Assembly: GCF_040938485.1 (NCBI RefSeq)
Contig: NW_027271431.1
Span: forward strand, 2,852,001 to 2,916,000
Length of the DNA stretch: 64,000 nucleotides
Source: Diadema antillarum
Taxonomy: Eukaryota
Reading direction: 5' to 3'
Below, piece by piece: positions 12,807 through 24,700 of the stretch (positions within the stretch are counted from its first letter, which is position 1; every line of letters begins with the position of its first letter). The notes under the pieces were generated by a model that saw only the letters and a list, made by a program, of their open reading frames with translations, had not been told where the DNA came from and searched no databases. Position numbers and translations under genes: made by a program.

Positions 12807-13230
12807 TGAAAAGGTTTGATTTTGCTCTATCCGATGATCGACTTACTTCAGAATGTTTGAAATTGGCGCTTAAGCTGTTTTGCAATCAACCTCGTCACGT
12901 GATTACACCTTGCAATTCAAAATTATTTATTTTTGTAGATAATAATGTCCAGTATGATGAAACCTCTGACATAATATTGTTTCACGGTTGGAACTATCAA
13001 AGTCGATTGGAACATCACAGAGATACAAACAGTGGAATTTCGCGTGATGGATTATCTGTATATCATGTATGTATACGATTGTGATATGATTCCTACAGTT
13101 TTATACTGTGTTATGTTCTTTTGGAAAAAAAGAGAAGAATAAAATAAAATGAAATAAAAAATAAATAAATAAAATCTGCAAACACCACTAAAAATTATTG
13201 AATAGGAATATGAGGTGACTGCAGATTGAA

Positions 13231-13765
13231 TCAAAGATTATTTCATCCAAGTTAGCAACGTTGAAAGTCTTCACCTGCGGAAATGTTACTATGGAGTGGC
13301 TATAATGCAAGGGGGGGGGGGGACAGCTGAAAACTGCTAATATTAAATCCAAGACCCGTTAATATCCCAAGTCAAGCGATCACTAATTGATAACAATCTT
13401 CTCCACCTGTATAAAATGTTGTTATGTACGCATGACTATATAATTGCGCTATTATAATTATCTATTTCTTCTGAATACTCTTGTTTCTTATCAATTTGAT
13501 CAAAGATTATTTCATCCAAGTTAGCAACGTTGAAAGTCTTCACCTGCGGAAATGTTACTATATATGAAGTGGCTAATGCAGGGGGAAAAAACAGCTGAAA
13601 AGTGCTAATATTAAATCCAAGACCCGTTAATATCCCAAGTCAAGCGATCACTAATCGATAACGATCTTCTCCACCTGTATAAAATGTTGTTATGTACGCA
13701 TGACTATGCGGGTATTATATAATTATCAATTTCTTCTGAATACTCTTGTTTATTATCAATTTGAT
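13231..13765. repeat. Tandem duplication of a ~269-bp unit (2 copies)
   Basis: TCAAAGATTATTTCATCCAAG starts at 13231 and 13500; the copies align end to end with few differences. Confidence 0.9.
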
Positions 13766-16700
13766 GTGAAAATTATTGAATTTGTCATAATCATTTCATC
13801 TACACAAGTGGAGAAATAAAACAAATTGAACAAAGATAAGACTGGCCAGTAGAGGAGTTAAATATGAGCCAAAGAGGGCCAGTCACGGAGCCTAATTTGA
13901 TCCTATGTTATAGCAAAATCTTCGTTGCTGTGAGCAGGGAGGTGAGAGGAACCTCCCTGCTGTGAGGCATCATGACCTCTTTGACTCAACGATTTAACTA
14001 TGATCACAATGGGACATTAGTTGCCTATATGATTTGCTGTACATCCGCCTTTATTCCTCGACCACCGAAGACTTCTTCAGCCTTTAAAGCGAAGACTAAT
14101 GAGAATCAGAGAAGCATATATCAATTGATGATGTTAAATTCTTATAGCTTTTTCCACCTGTCATTGGTCAAAGGACGGGTGCACCCTGATTGTGTTTGCA
14201 AAAGAATGTTTTCATCCCTGACTAAATCTTAATAATACATCGAAAGAAATTCATCTTCAGAAAAATCGCACTCAGTGAGTTAAACAAGCATGCAGATTGC
14301 CTTCATTCACCAATGGATTGTTTCGTCAAAGACCCGGAAACGGATGCGTAGCCGGTGCTGTGGGATAATCCTGGTTTCCGTTAATTGGCAAGCGCAAGTC
14401 ATCATCTTTATTCTACCGGCCTTTGGGATGGTTTTTGTGTTGATGATAAGCTGTGAATCGTGTGAATTTTGCTTAGGCGTATCCCCTATAGGATGCACTC
14501 GAAACACGTCTATTCTCGATACAACATGTTACCGCACAGAAATGAATTCATGACATTACAAGGCTCAGTCAATTTCTATTCAGCGGTTGGATGAATATTA
14601 TGATCATACTATACATTCCGGCGGGACGTCTTGTTACTGTTTTCTCGTAGAAGAACTTTTCGTTTGAAAAAAAAAGAGAATAGTGATACTAAATGATAAG
14701 AAAAGGGTGTTGAGCACAATCGAAAGAAGGAATTTTGGGTGTATATTTCTGAAAAACAAGACCAATTACTTTTAATTTGCGACCCATGCGGAAATTTGAT
14801 TTTATGAAGTTGCGTTATAAAACCGTATCTATTTCTTGAGTCCGTGCAGAGTTTACCTGGCAAGCTGAATGAGTTTTGTGTTCCGAATTAGACTCCCATG
14901 AACAGGTTTATGACTTTCAGCATCTGGAATGATACAATGTGCTGCCTCAGGGTTTAAAGTGCTGTTCAAGAAGATGATAAGCCCCATGCAAGATGGACCT
15001 CAGTATAAACAACCTCCCTCAACAGTTTTTCAAACACTTTACCGTTGCTGAACAAATTATCCCTTTCCCATCATTAATCTTATATTATGTTTAACGTGGA
15101 GATGATTCCAGATCAGGTGACAGAAGGTAACGAATACCCATCCACACGTGTGACACCTCAACAGATAGCACGTCATTATCACGTAATTGTTGAACTTTTT
15201 AATCTCACCACAGGAAACATGATTATTAGCAGAGACATGAATCTTCATTAAAAGCGAAACGTTGAGTTAGAACACTTACCATGACAATGAAGAGGTAAAT
15301 ATAAAGCTATGTGTTGATGATGGTCAATAAAGCCGTCTTGAACGTAACAATGATCAGTCAGCCAATAACGTTGCCGTCTGATTCCAGTTTCACAAGAGTC
15401 ACAAGTTCCATAGATCAACGCCACCGCCTATCTGTTCGATATAGACGATATCAGTGTGTATACAGCGCACGTTGTCCAATATCATTCTGATATAATCTTT
15501 GCGGGTTTTATTTGGTGGTTATTCCGTAATCGATACTCCACATGGGGGTCATTGTTAATAGCGCAATGAACGGAAATTCTATAATACCTGTAGCTGTACA
15601 AGCGGAGATATTTTCCTGGTGTTAGATTTATTGGTGGAGCAAGTCCCAAGACAACCATCCATTACCTCATGACGAACCATTTACCGGTGATCGAAGCTGT
15701 CTGACAAAATTATACGCACTTATCTGCTTGTAACAACATCTGCGTTTCTATAAGTGTTTGCGTCGCATCGCTTTCAGTTCTCATAACAGAGTGATAATAA
15801 TCCGAGATGCAGGCACTCATGCCGAATATAAATCACTGTATTAAGATACACCACATGCAGAAGTGTATAGGACTTATAGAGGAAAATTTTATCTTGTTCG
15901 TGCAAATACCCACGTCGTCAAGGAAGTCAGCATGAATATTATACGTTCAACATTGTTATAAGCTGTTTGAGAATGGGATTTTATGAGATTGCAACACAAA
16001 TAAGATATAATCTGTCTTTGTTTGTTTTAGGATAACGTTGTCTCAATATGACTGTCATAACATGTAATCTAAGAGATTGACATGCACGCCTTGAGTGCAT
16101 AATTTTTGATGTGAGCGCAAAGCGGCACCTTCCTCAAGACGCCTTTGTACCAGATGAACAAACTGGAAGAAATTTACATATACATAAAATATATTCAAAA
16201 AAAAAATCAAACTTATGAAAGTTCAAGCTGTCATATACTGACTGGGTTGATAAATATAATTCATTGCAGCTACATGCGCAACATTGCAAACGTTATTATG
16301 TCACCAACTTGCAAGTCTCTGATTAGTTTGTGTATAAAAATACATAATGTTTTGATTATGATTATGATTTGATTTTTATGTTTTGATAAGCAACTAAATC
16401 CCTTCCTCCTCAAAAGGCACCACTGCTGCATGCATGGGTAGTACTACAACGTATGCAATAAAAATATTAAATGAATGCCCACGTGCTTAATGTCATCAAC
16501 GAGAAAATTAATTGGTGAAGATTTGTGTATATATAGGTCAATGAGAGACATGTCGGATCATGACATCAAAACCTCAATTAGTTTGCAAGTTGATGACTGC
16601 TGTAATGATATCACTGTTCTGTGGAAATATAGGAAGGTTCTGTTGGGAATCAATAACTTTTTTATACTTTTTTTTTTAAAGCCTGACTTTGATAACACCT

Positions 16701-17130
16701 CTTCTATGCATTCTTTGTTAGTTTGATTTTACTCTATTTATTAGCCCTTCGTGTGTCAAGGACTTTGAACAGTGTGGCCAAAGTTGTGTGCCAATTATAT
16801 AGCACTCAATGCACACAAAGGATGACAGCTATAACTTGCACTTTATATAGGTGTGCAATTACACTTTAAATCTCCATATATAATATTCTCTTCCACCTTT
16901 TGAATGCTACCGTCTTTGTTCAAACTCATGAAATCACAATTGGCGAAACATCGCCAGAGTTTCGAAAGGCACTTGGTCTATATACTGCAGCACTGTATTG
17001 CAACTTTATATAGTTATGGATTAATACATCATTGGGACGCTTACGCCTGGTGACAAGGAAATGAGTTTCCAGATGATATTGTTTTCCTTTGCGTGAGGTG
17101 TTCAGAAACCATGAGCACGGGAATAGATAA

Positions 17131-17814
17131 AGGAAAACTGCAGAAAGACATTTGAAACTTAGACAAATTTTCGCGAGTTCTGCTTTCAGGCCAATTTTAT
17201 AGGTGAACCAGCAATAAGAATATTCAAGGAAAATGTTAGACCAGTTAAAACTCTATATTCTGAAAAGAAAGAGATTTTTATCAAATCTGATGAAAAATTA
17301 TGGAAGTGATCAATTGCGAAGTTCACTATTTTTTTTTTTTGCAAAACAGTTCTCGAACAGTCGATATGAATATGCAAATGAGTGAGCTGATGATATCATC
17401 ACCTCACAATATCCCATTGATTGTGTACTGCAAACAACAACAAAAACTGACAAATACTCATGTGTTTTTTTCCTGCCAATTAAAGTGTAAACCATAATGT
17501 TATTCCTGTTGATTAGCTTCAAAACAATGCTCAGTGAATATATCAGAATTTGATACTGGAGTATAATTGCGTTTGAACTAAAAGAACGAAAATTTCAAGA
17601 TTTTTATCTACAAAGTATTGGTGGTTAATTGTGAGGCGATGACATCATCAACTCACTCATTTGCATATTCGAATTAACTGTATTTTTGAAGGACTGTTAG
17701 GAGAAATTTAGCGAGGCTTCGAAGTTCCATAACTTCGAATTCTTCTCCGATTTTGATCAAATTTTCACTATTGTGGTTATAGAATTTTAGTTTCATCTGG
17801 TCCGGAATTCCCCT
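17131..17814. mobile_element. Degenerate Kolobok-like non-autonomous DNA transposon
   Basis: AGG...CCT termini with decayed TTAA flanks (ATAA/TTAG). Internal 43-bp inverted repeat 17368-17410 vs 17628-17670 (3 mismatches). Confidence 0.55.
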
Positions 17815-18722
17815 TTAGAGATTTAATATTTGATACCTTCTGTAAGTTCATTTTATATATATCATGCATTGTATATATTGTCTGTCCTGAGATTCTAGAC
17901 TCACGATGAAGCCGGAAAGTTAGTGTTTTGTGCAGAACAGCAGTTGTGATATAGATGTAAGTTCATGTAAGTTCATAATTGATAATGGTGTCTTCAAAAG
18001 TTTCTCGAAATACAACCTGGTTTAACCAGGTTGTATTTCGAGAAACTTGGTTTCTTCTAGAAAGGATTTACAATCCTCTCCAGTGTGTCCTGGGGAGAAG
18101 ATCGACTGATTTCTCTTTGAGTCTTCAAGTCAGTAAGATAAGGACAATAAGATCCTCTCTCTTCTGTAGTGGAGTGATGATAATGATGATGAGACGATGA
18201 AGACCGTCGTAATAAAGGGTAGTCATTGATAATGATATTGATATGCTTCCTACCAATACCGACATCAGAATGTGTTCTCGTTTACATTTATATCAAATCG
18301 AATATTTGCTGGACTCTACATCTTTCCTTTCTTAATTTTCAGGAGAGGAACATTGCAAGACCAGAACAATCCGTTGATAGAGCAGCCTACTATACTCCTT
18401 TCTTGTATTGCTTTCAAAAACAATAAACTCAGTGTACATTCCAGTCTGATCAACAGCAAACTCGCCGTATTTATAGAGAGTTATATAATGTCTCTCTTCT
18501 ATATTAATAATACTACTGTAGATTATCTCTCTTCTACTCACCGTATGTATCTCGCGATGCGATCTAGATCCTTATCTCGCTCTCCCATCCCACCCCCATT
18601 CCCCCTGCTCCTGTTCATCCTGAACCAATCGTAGCACGGTTTAGAAAAGATAATCTTTCCACTAGCACACAACAAACCAATCAGACACCTCGTCACGTAT
18701 CACCTACATTGGCCGTGGCAAA

Positions 18723-21700
18723 ATGGTCGAAGCTGAGTTGCTGACTCGTGGCTGGTAAGATAGTTTGTTCAACAATATTACACTAGATTTGCTTATTTTT
18801 AATGCTTTCAGTGAAGTTAAGTATGAAAGTAGCTAACTGGGCTTTTAAATAGAGTCGATTCAGTGACACAAAGGCCTTTGCTAAGTCTCAGGTGTCAGCC
18901 GCTCTGCAGCTACAGCGCCCTATTAATAATTCTCAGTCCCACATATCGATATTGGTGTCCCGCCCCGTGTGTACGCGATCAACGTGAGACTCGACTCTGT
19001 TTGAGTGTTACTGAGCTCTGTCTTTAGTTTTAGATGATGTGATGAGTGACTCCAAATCCATATCCATCAAACTCTATGATATCGTCGGAGAGCTAGAACA
19101 GTTTTCTTACATAGATCTACTTCTTCTCTTCCTTCAGCTGTCTTTTTCTTTCTGGTTACACTGCACTGCTAGTGCTACCTGGGCTTTTACGAAGCTTGAG
19201 TTTGTTTTGAGTCTTCTAGTTCTAGATCTGGATGATTATGCTGAAAAACTCTGTAGGCCCTATAGAGTATCACTCAGCACTGTGGTGTGATGTGCAGCTA
19301 ATCACAATGGAGGTGACGCTGGAGCGCTTCTTTAAATGTATCAAATTTATGAATCTGTTTAATATTGCTTGGCAGACCATGCCAATCCTTCACTGTTCCA
19401 TGGAAAAAGGAGTTGGCGAGAGCAGTTGAAGAGCCTTGTGAAATAGAAATAGAATGATTATCAGGGTGATATAGCTTCGGTTTGCCATACCTCTTGGTGC
19501 TTGAGTTGGGCTGATATAATCTTCTACTATATAGATTTCAATCAGTGTTGCCATGCTTTATCTTATCATCATCATCATCATCATCATCTGTACGGAAGTG
19601 TTACTGTGTAGGTAAATCCTGTCAGGTCTCCCGGTCGTCAGCGCTTGGTAGCACGAGTAACAGTCTATATCAAGCGTGGGCGTGGATGTCAGACTATTTC
19701 AAAACGTTTGTCTGACCAGAACGTGTCTAAACCGTGTTTGAAAGAATCTATACTAGTGGATGTAAAAAGTGATGAGGGCAAACTGTTCCGTGATTGGATG
19801 ACTCTTTTGCTGAAACAGTTGCTGCGGATGTTCAAACGACAATGGGTGGCAAATAATTTGAAGGGATGGCCTCTCGTTCCACGATACTGTGACTGTACAA
19901 AGAAGGACTGTGGGTGGATTCTGTCTATACCATGTAGTATTTTGAAGACCTGGATCATGTCCCCTCTTTCCCTGCGGTAATGCAACGAATACAGGTTAAG
20001 CTTTACTAGTCTCTCACTGTAGGAAAGGGTGTTAAGTCCAGGAAACAGTTTGGTTGTTCTGCGCTGAACAGCTTCGATCCTTCTGTCATTTGTCATAAAC
20101 CTGGGTTTCCATACGACACTGCAATATTCCAAATGCGGTCGAACCAAAGCCTTGTACAGTGGCAGGAAAATATCTGGTTTGATGTTAATGAAAGCACGTT
20201 TGATAAGACCTAACATTTGGTTAGCCTTCTGGATAGATGAGGAGATGTGTTGGCGAAAGTTGAGCTCACTATCAATCAAAACACCCAGGTCCTTTTCACA
20301 GTTGACATCATCAAATGTAACATTCTCAATTGAGTAGGAGCACTGTAGGTTGTTATACCCAATGTGAAGGGTTTCACATTTCTGAGAGTTAAGAGGGAGT
20401 TGCCAGGTTTGTGACCACTTTTCCACACCAGTCAGGTCCTCTTGCAATGATTGGCAGGAGTCAATATCTGGCACTCTAGCATAGATCTTGGCGTCATCGG
20501 CATATAATTGTGATGAACTAGAGATAACATCTGGCAGATCATTCACATACATCACAAAAAGTGTCGGGCCCAGAACACTCCCTTGAGGAATACCGCTCAG
20601 TACACGTGTCCAGTCAGACTTGGAGCCGTCTACAACCACACGCTGGGTTCGATCAGTGAGAAAGGCTTTGATCCATGACAAGAGAGGATCACGAATCCCA
20701 AACGATTCAACTTTTATTAAGGAGTCTGGTATGTGGAACAGAATCAAATGCCTTTTTGAAGTCCAGATATATGACGTCGATTGGATCACCGTTATCTGTG
20801 CTCTCAGTCCAATCTTCAAGCTGACAAAGTAGTTGTGTCATACATGAGCGTCCGGGAACAAATCCATGCTGGGCATTGCAAAGCAGCTGCTGCTGGCTCA
20901 TATGCTTGATGATGGTATCTCTAATGATGGATTCCATAACCTTGACAACGACGGATGTTAGGCTAATTGGGCGGTAGTTTCCAGCGTCCTTCCTGCTACC
21001 TTTCTTGTAAATAGCAGAAATGTTTGCAGCTTAACTTTCCATTCCACAGGAAGAACACCCTCAAGCAGTGACATATGACAATGAATGTCAGAGAAACCAA
21101 TGCAATGGATGTGTGTGCATGATAAATCAGCATGCAGCGAGGGCGCACTAGTACTTCTGCTTTCAAAACCAATGGCAATGCCTGGATGAAGGATGCATGA
21201 TTTGTATGATGTAACTTGTACCCTGGCTCTAATCTGTGTGGTCTCTTTTGCTTTGTGATGAAACATCCACAGAGCATACTTCAGTTACACATCCTTTCAG
21301 AGATTCAGAGATATAATTTTTATTGTCCAATAGTCTATAGGAATTTCCTTCTGTTGGCACTTGTACCACATGTACCATATTCCTGATCACATTAGAGTAT
21401 AACATTGATGAAGAGTGTGATTACCATTTCCTAGTATTTAAGAAACTTATTTCAAAATCATTGATGCATTCATGTGTCATAGTTGTCCCTTCACCAGTCA
21501 TCTTGCCAGCATTTTCTGTACTTTCTTAAGATTTTCTTTTCTGCACCTACTGTACCAAACCACACAACTAAAAAACATCTCACTTTCAATTACTGACTTG
21601 CAGAATAACCGTAGAATTATCTTATCAGTGTTGAATCAATTCATCTTCCTAAGGAGGTATAATCATGTGCATATATAGCCTTTGCATAAAGGGACTGACT

Positions 21701-24700
21701 TTGGTCTTTCCATAATAACTCTTGATCAGTGATTGATGTACCCAGGTACTTCAAACTTTTAACTATCTCCATACTTCTTCTTTTAGATTGATTGGCTTTA
21801 CTTAACCTTTGCTTGACCAAAAAACAACAATCATCTCTTACATTTTGGCTGTATTTGGCTGTATTTAATACCAGAAGCAGTGTTGTCAGCATATTTGACA
21901 ATGGTAGCATCGTCATGAGATGAAGTGAAGTCATTTGTTAAAATGATGAACAACAGAACTGGCAGTACGCAACCCTGTATGGGTAGTTACATAATCGGAA
22001 AACATATCCTGTAGTTCTACTATTTGGGTTCTACCCAAAAAAAAAAGAAGAAAAAAAAAAAGAAAAAGAAAAGAAAAGAAATCGTAAGGCCAGAGAATTA
22101 AGGTCTAAAGGAGGGCTTAACATACACGCATGTAGGAGTATTTGTGTGACCAGTATGCCTGGGGGCCTAGATCGTAAAGTGTAAATTAATGAGTTCAATC
22201 ACAGGACATTCTGTAAGAAAAAAAAAATGATATAATCCTTGTGATTTGTACAAGTAAAATTAATTAAAGTTATATTTCCTGGTAACTAGCCCTACCAGCA
22301 TTTTAAGTTCACTGGCTTTGATCAGCACAGGTCTCTTACGTATCAATTGGAAAACTGCTCAAAATGAATAAAGTAAAAATGTCCAGTGGAATATACATGC
22401 AGTTGACATGCATGTCTCACAAATATAATATGAGCTGATGTAGGGGATTTACATGTATACCCACAAACGGTCAGGGATGTATTTTGCAGAAATTCTGAGA
22501 AGTCTCATGTGATATTCCCTTTTTCCAAGAGAGCTGCCCATTGTAAACACATGCTTGTGTCTTTGTGTGGACTGTGCAGTTGCAAAATGATGAAATTGAT
22601 GTCCCGTTCCCATCATGAAAGTTTGGGACTGGAGTCACAATGGCAGTCCAAATGTTGTGAAAATTCAATGAGAATCCTGGCTAATAGAAAAGTGTGATAA
22701 TGCACAAACCTCTAGCTGCACTGTTTGTATGACATCAGCTACTACTCGCTGTCGCCCTTCATGTGTACATTGTATGTCTACAAATAGCACACTTTTGTGT
22801 CTATTCTACTTTCCCTTTACCCATCTATTGCCTGTCATTAATTCACATGACATAGAATGGTTGTACAGGAGTAGGGCCATCACTTCTGTGGATTATTATA
22901 GATATCCTTCAAATGACATGATTTTATAGCCCATCATCGCCTGATAATGGGATTCTTTGGACATTCCGCACGGCACAACATTGGGATGTTGGACTATCTT
23001 TGTCCGAGGTTGCTCATTCCACACTTTTGCCTACCCACGACTTGGAAGTACATGTTTATGTCTCATGGAATCTGGCAGTAGTTGTTATAACCATTTAGGT
23101 ACTGATATGGCAAAAGATCTAAATACCAGTTGCACCATCTTATACTCTAGATGGCAGATGACAGCAAGATGTATTTTGTGGTCTTATAATCACCTGGCAT
23201 GTAGGCCCCAGGGAGTCAGGCAGACAGAGAAGTGCTTCTGTACTTACGTCCTTCTAGTCTGGAAATCATCATGATGACCCTCATTGATACTCAAACAAAA
23301 CCAATCTGTAGGTTGTTGAATATTGCAGCTGTGATGCCTTAGGTCCTCCTGGGTCTGTCTCTTCTTGCATATCCATGGATGATCTCCCACAGGCATCAAC
23401 TGTCAGTCCCAACTATGTCATTTAGATGCAGTACTCATGGTGGCCAAGCTGCAGTATGTAATGAATCAAAACACATTGCTGGTCAATCACCTTTTCATCA
23501 CTCGAGTTGTTATTCACCATAGATTTGATAAACAGGCTACCACTTATCCCCCTTTCTACCCTCTAACTCCTCTGCCAGGCATCTTACCAAGGATGGAATC
23601 GAGAGATGTAAGGAGGGTGCCGCCACCGTCTCAGTGGATGCCCTAACAAGGAAGGCACTTGATGTAAGTTTTCCCCTGTAACGTATTTGTCCTATTACAT
23701 GTATTGTGCTTTCATGGTTAAAAAAGCAAATTTCTTCATAAGAAGGACATCCTGCAAGTGAAGGAGGTGTATAGAAAAAAGTTTTAAAACATTTTGGAAA
23801 TTTATTTCGTGTTTTTGCTTGTATGAAATCCTTAACTGTCTTGCGGTCTTTTTTTTGTAGAGCATGATGAGACATTGGAAGACTTTGAAACAACAGTCAA
23901 TTGTCAATTCTTGCTATGAGTTGATATTCTGTTTAGTAAATTTGGAGATTTTAACACTTGCTGAAGGTTTACTCATTTATCTTCATTTAGTTTCCATTTC
24001 AGCATATTCTTCGCACAATCACTCTTCTCCTTTAAAAAAAAAAAAAAAGATTGTCTTACGTGATACATCTTGTTATATTTTTGCAGATTGATTTGAAGCA
24101 GATTGGTTCCAATGCTCTGCCTCCAGACATTGGGAAGAGCAAGTCAGACAAGGTAAGGTACTTTCTCTCACAGCAAGTGTGTCATCGCTAGGGTGGATGC
24201 ATGTTCAGTTGTAACTATTGGTGGTGGTTTGAGGAGAGATAGACTGATTGATGAATAGTTAAGAAGCATGCTACACCATTTGCATGTCTATTCATAAGAA
24301 ATGTGAGATTCTAGGGTTTGTGATGTCTTGGATATTCAGACTAAAAGATCATGGAGAGAGAGAGAAAAACAAAACAAAATTGTCAGTGGTTAGGCTGCTT
24401 GGTTTCAGTATTGCTATTTGTGATCTCCGAAATTTCCACCAGTACATTGAAATTTGGAGTCGAGTTGAAAAAAAAAAGAAGTATTATATTTGTTGTGAAT
24501 ATACGGAACAATTAAGATATACTCCTTGTTCAGTTGAATTGATATGTAATGTCAAGACAATCACAATTCAGTGAGGTGTGTGTCTAGCAGTCAAATAATG
24601 TTCTGTATGTTGTGAGTTGTGAGCACAATAAATTGCTGCCCTGATATAAAGATAATTTCTCATAATGTTGAAGATATTTACAGAAGTAGGGGTTCCGTGA

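Noticed and set aside
14290-14553. 87-aa + ORF and overlapping 66-aa - ORF
   Set aside because: No domain similarity or splice context; expected by chance in a locally GC-richer patch.
17979-19300. Several short ORFs around the TDRD3 promoter that might be a decayed TE gene
   Set aside because: Multiple stops in all frames and no motif I can name; left unannotated.
19645-20832. Plus-strand ORFs (111, 61 and 70 aa) over the CR1 element
   Set aside because: Antisense shadows of the RT frame.
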